A stretch of DNA of 64,000 nucleotides from Bdellovibrionales bacterium. GTDB taxonomy: Bacteria > Bdellovibrionota > Bdellovibrionia > Bdellovibrionales > UBA1609. Positions 18,682 to 28,166 of the stretch are shown here, one piece after another. Every line of letters begins with the position of its first letter. Within the stretch, counting starts at the first letter, position 1. Where the stretch lies: NCBI GenBank assembly GCA_965199825.1, contig OZ241329.1:1952001-2016000 (forward strand). The letters run 5' to 3'. The notes below the pieces were generated by a model. The model ran no database searches. It had not been told where the DNA came from and saw nothing but the letters and a program-made list of their open reading frames with translations. The position numbers and the translations under genes were made by a program.

Positions 18682-18726
18682 ATTTTAGATCAAGAATTTG
18701 CGTAATGTTAATTGATGTTTTAAATC

Positions 18727-19404
18727 ATGCGCATGAATCAACTTTTAAAAATTATTTTGTGTATCAGCGCTTGGGCGTTTTATTTTAAAAAGGGTCATGC
18801 TGATGAAATTAAAATTCAGTCTGCAATTTCTCGTCAGCAAGGTGTGATCGCAATTCGAGTTCTCATTTACAGCCAATTTGCGATCCAACTTGAACGAGCG
18901 GATGGGTTTATCTATAAAAGCATCGTTCTTTCAGATGAAAAAATGAAGGGCGAAATCGAAGCGGTGAAAATGGCCACCCTGCAAACGGTGGGAAATGTGA
19001 ATCATATCCTTCAGAGTCTTTTGAATGTTTCATTAGACCACGAAGATCAAAATATCTTGCGCGGGATTCAAGGCTTGATCACAGAAAAATTGACTATTCT
19101 CCCGGCTAAAGATGGCCAAGGACATCTTGCGAGTGATCGGTCTCAACAAAAGCAATTGATTCAATTCGCTAGGGACAATGTCGAGAGGCTGGAAAGACTA
19201 GCCCGAAATCGTCAGACTCACTCAGCACTTTATCAAAAATATCTTTTGGAATTGGATCAGAGTATAGACAACGTAAAATCAACAGGTCTGAATTTGCCAA
19301 TTTACGTCGCATTGGTTTGGCAAAAGGCGATGTTTCAAATTTTACCTTTTATGATGAAGCATTCTTTTTCTAAATTTTGCCAAGAGGTTTTGAATGCGGG
19401 TTAG
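18727..19404 (+). CDS. Secreted helical hypothetical protein
   Basis: 225-aa ORF, signal-like N terminus, ends FCQEVLNAG. Confidence 0.65.
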   Translation: MRMNQLLKIILCISAWAFYFKKGHADEIKIQSAISRQQGVIAIRVLIYSQFAIQLERADGFIYKSIVLSDEKMKGEIEAVKMATLQTVGNVNHILQSLLNVSLDHEDQNILRGIQGLITEKLTILPAKDGQGHLASDRSQQKQLIQFARDNVERLERLARNRQTHSALYQKYLLELDQSIDNVKSTGLNLPIYVALVWQKAMFQILPFMMKHSFSKFCQEVLNAG

Positions 19405-19930
19405 CATGAAATTGATATTGCGACTTATAATTTTAATCAGCCCTGCGGTTCACGCGCTCCATTTTTTGGTCAATCCCACCGGAATGTACTCTAATATTTC
19501 TGCGGGCTCGTCCGAAAAAGTTAAAAGCGTATACTACGATCTGCGTGGCGGATTTTATCTGGGCGAAAGCTTTTATGTGGGCGGTATTTATCAAAATATG
19601 AGTCGCGACTTTCAGTCTCTGGGGTCGAGAGAACGATCGAGTTATGGGGTGAGTGCGGGGGTTTTTCCCATGGGCGGGATTTATCTTTTGGGTCACTATT
19701 ATTATAAATCAACCTATCAAGATCTCGATAAATCCACTTTGTCTCATGGGTCAGGGATGCAAGTGGATTTGGGCTATTTATTTTCGTTTTCAGATGCTTT
19801 CAAAATTGGACCCCAAATGACCTACCGCAGTTTTTCTTATAAAGAACAAACCTCAAACGGTGTGACAACACCGTCTCAAATCAACCACTACGAATTTTTA
19901 CCTTTTTTATCGGCAGCTTTTATTTACTGA
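19394..19930 (+). CDS. Small outer-membrane beta-barrel protein
   Basis: Signal peptide VHA, about eight aromatic-rich amphipathic strands, terminal aromatic residue. Confidence 0.75.
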   Translation: MRVSMKLILRLIILISPAVHALHFLVNPTGMYSNISAGSSEKVKSVYYDLRGGFYLGESFYVGGIYQNMSRDFQSLGSRERSSYGVSAGVFPMGGIYLLGHYYYKSTYQDLDKSTLSHGSGMQVDLGYLFSFSDAFKIGPQMTYRSFSYKEQTSNGVTTPSQINHYEFLPFLSAAFIY

Positions 19931-20427
19931 AACTGAAAAGGAAAGCGCACTTTTGAAGTCGTATCTTGATTCGACTGCGGAAAGGTCATGCGTTGAATCG
20001 TCTTTTTTACGCACGCCTCAAAGCGCGGCATTTTAAAATCGCTGCTCGTCAGATGAATGTGCACCACACGCCCACGCTCATTGTATTCCCATTCAAAAAT
20101 CATTTGGCCTTTGTGATGTTCAAATCCAAAAAACTTGGTGTAACACGAGCGAATATCCAATTTGTGATTCATGATGATATGTCGCACTTCTTCTCTTGGA
20201 GTTAGGCTTCGGGTTTCGGGTGGGGGCGAGGATGTTGGGAAATTTGGATCTTCCGGTGGGAGAGCGACATCGTCTTGTTTTGGAGCTTCGACCACTTTTC
20301 TTGGAGCTCGATGTCTTTCGGGAGCCCGAGTTTCGCTAAATCGGGTGTCGACCGGTGTCGAATCTTGAGTCAATCGATAACTACAGCCGCTTAAAATCAA
20401 AAAAATTAAAATGACGAATTTTCGCAC
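19924..20427 (-). CDS. Lipoprotein with AgmX/PglI (TonB_C-like) C-terminal domain
   Basis: Lipobox LSGC, Pro-rich linker, IRSCY...G+M+FEW...FEACV...MTFP...VRFPFQF. Confidence 0.78.
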   Translation of the reverse strand: MRKFVILIFLILSGCSYRLTQDSTPVDTRFSETRAPERHRAPRKVVEAPKQDDVALPPEDPNFPTSSPPPETRSLTPREEVRHIIMNHKLDIRSCYTKFFGFEHHKGQMIFEWEYNERGRVVHIHLTSSDFKMPRFEACVKKTIQRMTFPQSNQDTTSKVRFPFQFQ

Positions 20428-20484
20428 AGGATCTCCTTTGTCAAAATCTTAAGGGAAAGTTAAAAGGGAATCCATCTTAATGTG

Positions 20485-20868
20485 TCAGTGGTAAAGGCGT
20501 GGTTCAGAAAGTATAAATTCGGGAATTTCTATTTTTAGATTTTCACCATTTGAAGTCACCATATGATAGCAACCCTGCATGCGACCTTGGGGAGTGGTGA
20601 GTGGACAAAAGCTCGAGTACTCAAATGTCTGCCCCGCCTCAATCACCGGTTGCAGTCCCACAACACCTTCGCCTTCGACTTTTTCGATTTTGCCTTCGGC
20701 ATTGGTAATAATCCATTCGCGCGAAATCAATTGCACTTTTGTGGAGCGCTGATTGGTGATTTTAACGCGGTATTCAAAAAAGTATTTTGATCTTCGTGGA
20801 TCAGATTCTTCTGCGACATACGTGGGATCGACAACGACTTGAACACTTTGAGTGATCTTTTCAAACAT
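20485..20868 (-). CDS. apaG: ApaG protein
   Basis: QLISREWIIT, VEGEGVVGLQP, FEYSSFCPLTTPQGRMQG. Confidence 0.95.
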   Translation of the reverse strand: MFEKITQSVQVVVDPTYVAEESDPRRSKYFFEYRVKITNQRSTKVQLISREWIITNAEGKIEKVEGEGVVGLQPVIEAGQTFEYSSFCPLTTPQGRMQGCYHMVTSNGENLKIEIPEFILSEPRLYH

Positions 20869-20964
20869 ACACTTTTTTCGGTGATGTTCTCTCCTGTGTC
20901 AAGTTGACCGAGCAGTCTTTTGTGCTACCATCGGTTTCATCATTCATTGCAGCAGGAGATCATC

Positions 20965-21636
20965 ATGAAAAATTTGGCATTTGTTGCCGTCATTGGCTTA
21001 TTGGTTGGTTGTACGGACAAGTCGAGCTTTAGCTCGGATAAAGAAAAATACAGCTATTCTATCGGTTATCAATTCGCAAAAAATTTGCAGGCCCAAAACG
21101 TAGAAGTCGATGTGGGAGCACTCAACCAAGCTCTTCGCGATGTGCTCAATGGTAAAAAATCGGTCTTGAGTGAAGAGCAAATGCAACAGGCCCTACAAAA
21201 GATGTATGAGGGTCGAAAAGAGAAAATGTCGCAAGAGGCCGACGTGACAAAGAAAAAATCGCAAGAATTTTTGGAAGAAAATAAAAAAGCACCTGGCGTC
21301 AAAGTGACCGAAACTGGACTGCAATACAAAATTGTCGAAGAGGGCAAGGGTCCACAACCCAAGAAATCAGACACCGTGGTGGTGAAGTATCGCGGGACCT
21401 TGATTGATGGAACCGAATTTGATTCTTCCTACAAACGCAATGCACCTGCTGAATTTCCGGTTGAAGCAGTTATTCCCGGCTGGACTGAGGCCTTACAGAA
21501 AATGAAAAAGGGATCAAAGTGGCAGCTGTTTATTCCGCCAGAACTTGCTTACGGCGAACATGATCGACCAGGAATCAAAGCCAACTCGCTTTTGATCTTT
21601 GATGTTGAGCTTGTTGATATTAAGCCAAAGAAATAA
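20965..21636 (+). CDS. FKBP-type peptidyl-prolyl isomerase (FkpA/Mip-like lipoprotein)
   Basis: SYSIG, TGLQYK, YRGTLIDGTEFDSS, VIPGWTEAL, IPPELAYG; AGGAG SD. Confidence 0.94.
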   Translation: MKNLAFVAVIGLLVGCTDKSSFSSDKEKYSYSIGYQFAKNLQAQNVEVDVGALNQALRDVLNGKKSVLSEEQMQQALQKMYEGRKEKMSQEADVTKKKSQEFLEENKKAPGVKVTETGLQYKIVEEGKGPQPKKSDTVVVKYRGTLIDGTEFDSSYKRNAPAEFPVEAVIPGWTEALQKMKKGSKWQLFIPPELAYGEHDRPGIKANSLLIFDVELVDIKPKK

Positions 21637-22645
21637 TTTGGAAGGTGGCCACTACGGGGTAGTGGTCCGAGGCGAGCTGAATGCGCTCGTCAATTGTTCT
21701 TGGAAATGGGCTAGGCAGACCTAGCTCATTTTTATATCGAAACACATAGCATCCTGATTGAATCAGCGAATTCTTCAGATGGGGTGAAACAAAAATCGTA
21801 TCGATTTGCAGATGATCCACTCGACCATTGCGGTGGACTTGGACCTGTGTCGCACGCTCTTCCTCAGACAACTGCAAAATATCAAAAATATCTTCAAGCG
21901 GCGTTTGCTCATACAAAAGATCAAAGGCAATCTCGTGATTGATTTTTCGAGCGACTCCATTAAAGTCGCCAGCAACCAAAATCGGAACGGCTTTATTGGT
22001 CTCGGTTTCGACTTCCTTATAAATTTCGACCACCGTTTTAAGTTCAGCAGCCCTTCGCTCGTTTCCTAAAGGATCGATGCCATCAAGATCCAACTTGGAT
22101 TTGAGGTGAACCAGTAAAAAAATAATTTTGAGTTCATCTTTATTGTCGAACATTCGAAGCTCGGCACAGTCGCGCGAAAAGTAATGGGTCTTTACAACCT
22201 TTTCGGGTTGTGAGTTTTTAAAATACTCGTTGAGGTCTTTTTCATGCGGATAAATAAAATGAAGCGGTCGATCCTTATGGGTTTTGAGACTGCAACGATA
22301 GGGCAAAGTGGTCTTGACCAAGTAGCCATTGTCGATCCCGCGGTTCGAATTGCCCTCGATCAAATACGAGGTGTAAGCCCCATTTAAAAATAGTTTATTA
22401 AAATTCTCGAGGCTCTCAAGACCTCCGACCTCATTCATTAAGATGATATCGGCATCAATCTCGATCAGACTTTTTGCAAGGCTTAGAGTTTTAAAGAGTG
22501 GTTTATTTGATTGCGCCGCATGCGAGAGGCGCTGCCATTCTTTTTCGGAATATTGCTCCACAGGTTTGGTCATTGGCTGATCAAAGAATAAAAACAAATT
22601 TTCGGCGTTAATTTGCACGACGCGTAGTTGTGTCACTGAGGGCAT
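21620..22645 (-). CDS. Endonuclease/exonuclease/phosphatase (EEP) family protein
   Basis: NAENL, MNEV, VHLKS, AGDFN, QIDTI, ASDHYPV. Confidence 0.88.
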   Translation of the reverse strand: MPSVTQLRVVQINAENLFLFFDQPMTKPVEQYSEKEWQRLSHAAQSNKPLFKTLSLAKSLIEIDADIILMNEVGGLESLENFNKLFLNGAYTSYLIEGNSNRGIDNGYLVKTTLPYRCSLKTHKDRPLHFIYPHEKDLNEYFKNSQPEKVVKTHYFSRDCAELRMFDNKDELKIIFLLVHLKSKLDLDGIDPLGNERRAAELKTVVEIYKEVETETNKAVPILVAGDFNGVARKINHEIAFDLLYEQTPLEDIFDILQLSEEERATQVQVHRNGRVDHLQIDTIFVSPHLKNSLIQSGCYVFRYKNELGLPSPFPRTIDERIQLASDHYPVVATFQIISLA

Positions 22646-22687
22646 TTCAATAGTATATCGAAGGTTGGGTTGAAGAGGGAGCAAAAG

Positions 22688-24154
22688 ATGAGTTTATACA
22701 AAACTTTAAAAATGAGCTTAGGTCCTACAGCATTTTCAAAAGCTCAAGGCGGGTTTTTACCTCACCTTGTGGTGATGATTGGTTCCGAAAATCAGATTCC
22801 AATTTTTAAAAAAACTTTTTTAATCGACGACTCCGAAATGGAGATGCTTAAAAAATCGAGTAAACCAGTGACCAAACTCAAATCTTTGTTTGTGGTCCGA
22901 CCTTACCTTAACTCCGCATTCCCAAAAAATGCCTTTGCTCAAGCTCGCGAATCCCTAGGCATGATCAAGCCCATGCTGGATGAACTTCAGCAAAAAAAAA
23001 TTCAAGTTCATTTTTTGGAATGCAATCAAGATCAAATTGACGGTGCTTTGATAGGACTTCTGTTAGCAAGCTACCGATATAAGCCTCAAATTTCAAAAAT
23101 CAGTTATGTCATCAGCCCCAAAGAGACCACCTATGATAAAGTCACTGCCATTGCTGAGAGTGTGAATCTGTGTCGCCATCTGACCAATTTGCCGAGCAAT
23201 CTTTTAAATACCAAAACCTATTCAGAATTGATTGCGGAGCTGTTTAAAAACGACCGGCAAATCCAGTGCGAGGTCTGGTCTGTGGCGCGATTAAAAAAAG
23301 AAAATATGGGATTGTTACTGGCCGTGGGTCAAAGTAGCGAACATCGATCTACCTTTGTTCACCTTAAATACCGACCCAAAGGTACAAAACTTAAACCCAT
23401 CGCATTGGTCGGAAAAGGAATTGTTTTTGATTCAGGTGGGCTCGATCTTAAATCGGCAGCGGGCATGCGAATTATGAAAAAAGATATGTCAGGTTCTGCA
23501 GTGGTGGTGTCGGTTTTAAATTGGGCGCAACTTTCAAAAAGTCCACAACCTCTTGATGTTTATATTCCTCTTGCCGAAAATTCGGTGAGCTCAAATTCTT
23601 TTCGACCCGGAGACGTGTTGACCTCGCGCAGTGGTCAAACTGTTGAAATTCATAACACCGATGCTGAGGGGCGCTTGGTGTTGGCGGATGCTTTGGATGT
23701 GGCGGTTAAAAAAACTGGAGCCGATCAGCCCCAGTGTGTGATCAACGTGGCGACTCTTACCGGAGCGATTAAGGTTGGCTTAGGCAGTGATGTGGCAGGA
23801 CTTTTTTGTAATGACGACGAACTTGCTCAAAATTTAAAACAGGCGAGCGACCAAGTGGGCGATCCAATATGGCGAATGCCTCTTTATCAAAAATATAATA
23901 ACCAGCTCAACAGCACAGTGGCAGATCTTGTCAATTCGAGCGACGGTTTTGGTGGAGCCATCACCGCCGCTTTATTTTTGGAAAAATTTGTGGGTAAAAC
24001 GCGTTGGGCTCATCTTGATATTTACGGTTGGAAAGATCAATCGGATGGCTGCCTCATCGAGCCCGGGGGGTCGGGCCAAGCGGTTCAAACCCTGATTCAA
24101 TTTTTAATCAATACAGCAGGAACAAATTCTTTAAATCGAAATGGAGATTTATGA
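22688..24154 (+). CDS. pepA: Leucyl aminopeptidase (M17)
   Basis: VGKGIVFDSGGLDLK, MKKDM, NTDAEGRLVLAD, WAHLDI. Confidence 0.9.
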   Translation: MSLYKTLKMSLGPTAFSKAQGGFLPHLVVMIGSENQIPIFKKTFLIDDSEMEMLKKSSKPVTKLKSLFVVRPYLNSAFPKNAFAQARESLGMIKPMLDELQQKKIQVHFLECNQDQIDGALIGLLLASYRYKPQISKISYVISPKETTYDKVTAIAESVNLCRHLTNLPSNLLNTKTYSELIAELFKNDRQIQCEVWSVARLKKENMGLLLAVGQSSEHRSTFVHLKYRPKGTKLKPIALVGKGIVFDSGGLDLKSAAGMRIMKKDMSGSAVVVSVLNWAQLSKSPQPLDVYIPLAENSVSSNSFRPGDVLTSRSGQTVEIHNTDAEGRLVLADALDVAVKKTGADQPQCVINVATLTGAIKVGLGSDVAGLFCNDDELAQNLKQASDQVGDPIWRMPLYQKYNNQLNSTVADLVNSSDGFGGAITAALFLEKFVGKTRWAHLDIYGWKDQSDGCLIEPGGSGQAVQTLIQFLINTAGTNSLNRNGDL

Positions 24155-24864
24155 AACAACACATGTGGCTCTTCGCTTTTTTATTTTTTATTGCACCCCG
24201 AGCTTGGAGCCAAACCTCAGACTCGGATTCTTTTTTTCAAGGGGTTGAACTTCAGGTGGGTGCAGAGATTCCGCTTCAGGTGGGGGGTCGGGTTCGGGTG
24301 TTGTTGCCCGAAAACTTTTATGTGCTCGCCGGCTTAGGGATTAGTCCACAGATGTTTACCGATACCATTGGCAGCATTGATAATGCTTTTGGATTAATGG
24401 GATCCAGCACCTCAAAGGCTGCGGGGCAGGCGATCAGGAATGCTTTTTATTTAGATCTTCGCACGGGTTACAAGGTGCGGATGGGGTCAAAATTTTTTAA
24501 CGGATTTTTTGTTGATGTGGGCTATTCGTTGATGGCGGGCTCAGGTGGAAATATCAGCACCAATGATATCAACAACCTCACCGGAACGGTTTATCCCACC
24601 GGCGCCAATGCCGATGTCAAAGCGGTACTTCATAGCTTGACTGGTCACATGGGTTTTACTTTTACAATCGGCAAGAGGTTTTTACTTTCGACTGAAGCAG
24701 GACTTGTCAAACCGCTCGCTTCGGTGAATACAGTGAGCTCAAATAATATTTCGGAACCTCAGGCTTCGGCCATGCGGCAAGATGTCGACTCCAACTTGAA
24801 GTCGGCCATTGTGAGCCACATGTGGATTCCAACTTTAAGTATTTTTGGCTCATTAATGTTTTAA
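24151..24864 (+). CDS. Hypothetical outer-membrane beta-barrel protein
   Basis: Signal peptide AWS, beta-strand pattern, terminal Phe; ATGA overlap with pepA. Confidence 0.7.
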   Translation: MKQHMWLFAFLFFIAPRAWSQTSDSDSFFQGVELQVGAEIPLQVGGRVRVLLPENFYVLAGLGISPQMFTDTIGSIDNAFGLMGSSTSKAAGQAIRNAFYLDLRTGYKVRMGSKFFNGFFVDVGYSLMAGSGGNISTNDINNLTGTVYPTGANADVKAVLHSLTGHMGFTFTIGKRFLLSTEAGLVKPLASVNTVSSNNISEPQASAMRQDVDSNLKSAIVSHMWIPTLSIFGSLMF

Positions 24865-24878
24865 CAAAAGGATGATTT

Positions 24879-25193
24879 GTGTCTGAAGTTGAAGAACTGA
24901 ACGACGGGAATTTTCAAGAGGCTCTTGCTCGCCAATCAAAAACCATTGTCGACGTTTTTGCAAGTTGGTGTGGACCTTGTCGATTGTTTTCGCCAATTTT
25001 TAAAAAGGTTTCGGAAGACTATAAAGATATCGGATTTTACAAAATCGATGGCGATGCCCATCCCAATTCACGCAATGATCTGACCATCGATAATTTGCCT
25101 TACGTTGCATTTTTTAAAGACGGCAAATTTGTTAAAGGCACTTCGACTTCGACCGAACAAGGTTTGATCGAGTTTTTAAAGAGTGTGATCTAA
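24879..25193 (+). CDS. Thioredoxin
   Basis: FASWCGPC active site. Confidence 0.9.
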   Translation: MSEVEELNDGNFQEALARQSKTIVDVFASWCGPCRLFSPIFKKVSEDYKDIGFYKIDGDAHPNSRNDLTIDNLPYVAFFKDGKFVKGTSTSTEQGLIEFLKSVI

Positions 25194-25432
25194 TGAAATT
25201 GGCTGAGGTCAAACGTCTGGTCAACCAAGCCGAAATTGAATCCATCCAACAAGCGATTGTGTCATTTGAACACAACCGCACCAATCTCTTAAATGTGAGC
25301 GGTGAGAGTGAAGGCGAAATATTAAGTCATCTGTTGGCGGCCGAATTTGTTATGGGCAGAATGAAAAATGGCGAGTCTCTCAATGAGGCAGTGAGAGAAT
25401 ATTCAAAGCGCATCCGATCGATCATTTCCTGA
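25193..25432 (+). CDS. Small hypothetical protein (possibly DUF6952-like)
   Basis: TAATG coupling to thioredoxin; G..EGE.L.H.LAA and A+REYS.R+R pattern. Confidence 0.7.
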   Translation: MKLAEVKRLVNQAEIESIQQAIVSFEHNRTNLLNVSGESEGEILSHLLAAEFVMGRMKNGESLNEAVREYSKRIRSIIS

Positions 25433-25490
25433 CACCGATAGATCGTTAATCAGTTTCATCAAATTTTATACCATTTAAATTGATTTCATT

Positions 25491-25506
25491 TGGTCCCCTC
25501 TTTGCA
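25491..25506 (+). promoter_or_regulatory. Putative sigma54 (-24/-12) promoter
   Basis: TGGTCCCCTCTTTGCA = GG-N10-GC with TTGCA. Confidence 0.6.
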
Positions 25507-25530
25507 AAATGAGCTGTGGGGGACTACGAC

Positions 25531-26466
25531 TTGCTGAAGCATCTGAACTATACAAAATTTATTTTGTCTCTTTTTGCGACACTAATTTTAAGTGGCTGCA
25601 CGGGTGCTCGACTTTTACCTTGGGTGCGTGCTCAAGTTCTGCCAAAGGCCGCAATCAAAGTTTTGAATTACTGTGCAACAAGTGGATATAGCTACAGCGA
25701 TACCTTTGCCACAAATCTCTCATCAAAAATGGCCAATGAAAAATGGCTCGAAGATTTTGATCGTGACGGTTTAACTGACAGTGTTGAATCTGATTCTTTA
25801 AATCAGACCACCTACGGGATCCTTCCAACGTCGGCCTACTCGACCGGAACTGACTATACTGATCTTTCACTTTTTACTTTAGGAATTTTGGCGGCAAGCG
25901 ATCCCAGTTTGAGCCAATGTCTTTTTCCACCGACCCAAGATTCCGATTACGATAATCTCACCGATTGTGATGAAGCAATTCTTCATACGGATCGTTTTAA
26001 TCCAGATTCAGATGGAGATGGCATCCCTGATGGTCTCGAAGTGAGAAACTCAACGAATCCATTGGACGCCAACGACTCAACCAGCGATCCTGATTTAGAT
26101 GGGCTCACTAATCTGGAAGAAATTAAAATGAATACACCAATTTCATTTACCAACTCGCCGCTCACAACAGCGCTGGCATTGAACTATTCGATCACCCAAG
26201 TACTTGACGATGCTCAAGGAAATAATTGTTACAACATCACCGTACGAAATTTTCCGATTTTGCCTGAGAGTAACGGAAATCTTTTAAGAATTTTTGTGAT
26301 CGAAAATAAAACGGTGGTGAACAGTGGGGTCTCACAAAATATTCAGACCCTCACCGTTGTTTTACCCCAAACCACCGAAGATCAATCGATGGTTGTGGCA
26401 AATGGACTTAATAATCAAACCCTCGACGGCACATCGACACCACTAACTATTGTTCCTGTAGACTAG
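25531..26466 (+). CDS. Lipoprotein with thrombospondin type-3-like Ca-binding repeats
   Basis: TTG start after GGGGGA SD, lipobox LSGC, DFDRDGLTD, DSDYDNLTD, DSDGDGIPD, DPDLDGLTN. Confidence 0.82.
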   Translation: MLKHLNYTKFILSLFATLILSGCTGARLLPWVRAQVLPKAAIKVLNYCATSGYSYSDTFATNLSSKMANEKWLEDFDRDGLTDSVESDSLNQTTYGILPTSAYSTGTDYTDLSLFTLGILAASDPSLSQCLFPPTQDSDYDNLTDCDEAILHTDRFNPDSDGDGIPDGLEVRNSTNPLDANDSTSDPDLDGLTNLEEIKMNTPISFTNSPLTTALALNYSITQVLDDAQGNNCYNITVRNFPILPESNGNLLRIFVIENKTVVNSGVSQNIQTLTVVLPQTTEDQSMVVANGLNNQTLDGTSTPLTIVPVD

Positions 26467-26474
26467 GAGAGACT

Positions 26475-28070
26475 TTGAAACGGCGAAACAAAATTTCATT
26501 TTTTACGCTTGCGAGTTTGTCGCTGATCTTAGGTCATGGCTGCAGTAACGTGAATCTGTTGCCCAAAACTGATCAAGCTTCGGCAATGACAGCGGCGAGC
26601 GTGAATTTTTGCACCACACCCGCAAACACAATTAAGAGTGCACTTAAATTTATTTTTGTGGTCGATCGTTCGGGCAGTAATCAATTGGTTTATCCTAAAA
26701 ATCCTGCCACCGGAAATTATGATCTTCCACCTGTCGCTGGAACGGATCCTTCAGGTATTCGTCGCTTTGGAGCGATCTTAAATTTCGTCAGATCTTATTC
26801 TAGTGATCCAAATATTTTTTGGAGCATGGTCAATTTTTCTGATGACGTCATGAGCGGCAGCAATTTTCAGGGTTTTACAAATCAACAAAATTCTTTTTTA
26901 AGTTTCGTAAATAACCAATATACAAACACCGCATCGATTGATGGTGGAGACACCAATTACGTTTCGACGGTTAGATTTATCCAAAAAATGATCAATGATG
27001 ATATCACGGCAGCGTCACTTGTGAATCCTGCGGTGTCTTCAAACTATGTCATATTTTTTATTTCAGATGGTGCGCCTATCGTAACTGGAAATTTACAAAA
27101 AGGATCAGACATCACCTCTGTTGTGAGCAGTACCGCAGCGATGCAACAGTCCAACCCCAACTATGTGGATGGGATAGAGTTTAATACTGGATTTACCGGC
27201 AATTCCGATCCCGTGGCCAGTTCGCTGTTACAACAGATGTCGAGCAATGCGAGCGGCACCGCACTTGATTTTAGTGGTGGTCAGACGATTGATTTTTCGA
27301 GATTTTCGGTACCCACACGGATTGCAAAATTTGTGATGAAAGAGTTTTGGGTGGTGAATCAAAATACCATTTGGGAAAATGGACAAATTGTTTTGGATTC
27401 TGATGGCGACGGAATTTCGGATCGTAAAGAATTGCAGTTAGGTTCTGATCCCACAAAAGTGGATTCAGATGGCAACGGTGTCAGTGACGCGGTTGAATTA
27501 AAAGCGACCGGTATGCCGTGCAAAGATTCAAAATGTGCGGTGAGTGGGGCTGATCCCTTTGTGACTTGTGCCACAATTGTTCAAAGCACGGGCCCCAAGT
27601 ATTTAGACTCTGATGGTGATGGGCTTAACGACTGCGAAGAGCATTTGCTTGGCAGCGCTCCAAAAGATTTCGATTCAAATTTGGATTATGTGCCTGACGA
27701 TATGGCGCTCCGAATGGGAATCAACATTACTGGTGCAAGCTCACTAGGTCTTGATCCTGACTTTGATGGCTTATCAAATTACTTTGAGCTTAAGTACAAC
27801 ACTCCTATGCTCTCGGCCAACAACATCATTCCAAACCTGCAGCAAATTCAGGTGACATCAAATATGGTGTCATCAACCGCTCAGCAAGATTGTTACAGTA
27901 TGAATATCAACAACATCGCAGCGGTGACTAAATTTGATAAGATTAAACTGTATCTGATTGAGAACACTCAGTCGTACACCCAAAAACGAGTCTTGCGTGA
28001 AGCCAATGTGCAAATGCAGGGTGGGGCTGTCTCAGCTCAAGACACTGATTTTATAAAGGTAAATCAATAA
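26475..28070 (+). CDS. vWA-domain plus TSP3-repeat lipoprotein (MtsC/MtsD-like architecture)
   Basis: Lipobox GHGC, FVVDRSGS MIDAS motif, DTNY, FISDG, multiple DSDGDG repeats. Confidence 0.85.
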   Translation: MKRRNKISFFTLASLSLILGHGCSNVNLLPKTDQASAMTAASVNFCTTPANTIKSALKFIFVVDRSGSNQLVYPKNPATGNYDLPPVAGTDPSGIRRFGAILNFVRSYSSDPNIFWSMVNFSDDVMSGSNFQGFTNQQNSFLSFVNNQYTNTASIDGGDTNYVSTVRFIQKMINDDITAASLVNPAVSSNYVIFFISDGAPIVTGNLQKGSDITSVVSSTAAMQQSNPNYVDGIEFNTGFTGNSDPVASSLLQQMSSNASGTALDFSGGQTIDFSRFSVPTRIAKFVMKEFWVVNQNTIWENGQIVLDSDGDGISDRKELQLGSDPTKVDSDGNGVSDAVELKATGMPCKDSKCAVSGADPFVTCATIVQSTGPKYLDSDGDGLNDCEEHLLGSAPKDFDSNLDYVPDDMALRMGINITGASSLGLDPDFDGLSNYFELKYNTPMLSANNIIPNLQQIQVTSNMVSSTAQQDCYSMNINNIAAVTKFDKIKLYLIENTQSYTQKRVLREANVQMQGGAVSAQDTDFIKVNQ

Positions 28071-28119
28071 ACACTGTTTGACTGATAGACGGTGTAGGCA
28101 TCTTTGAAATGATCTGACC

Positions 28120-28135
28120 CGGCCTTGTGGTTGCA
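28120..28135 (+). promoter_or_regulatory. Putative sigma54 (-24/-12) promoter
   Basis: CGGCCTTGTGGTTGCA = GG-N10-GC with TTGCA. Confidence 0.55.
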
Positions 28136-28166
28136 ATTTAACGTTTAAAGAAATGGCAGGAATCAA

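Noticed and set aside
15632..20427. Prophage or integrative element at the tRNA
   Set aside because: No integrase, phage or conjugation gene, and no direct-repeat copy of the tRNA 3' end (attR) noticed
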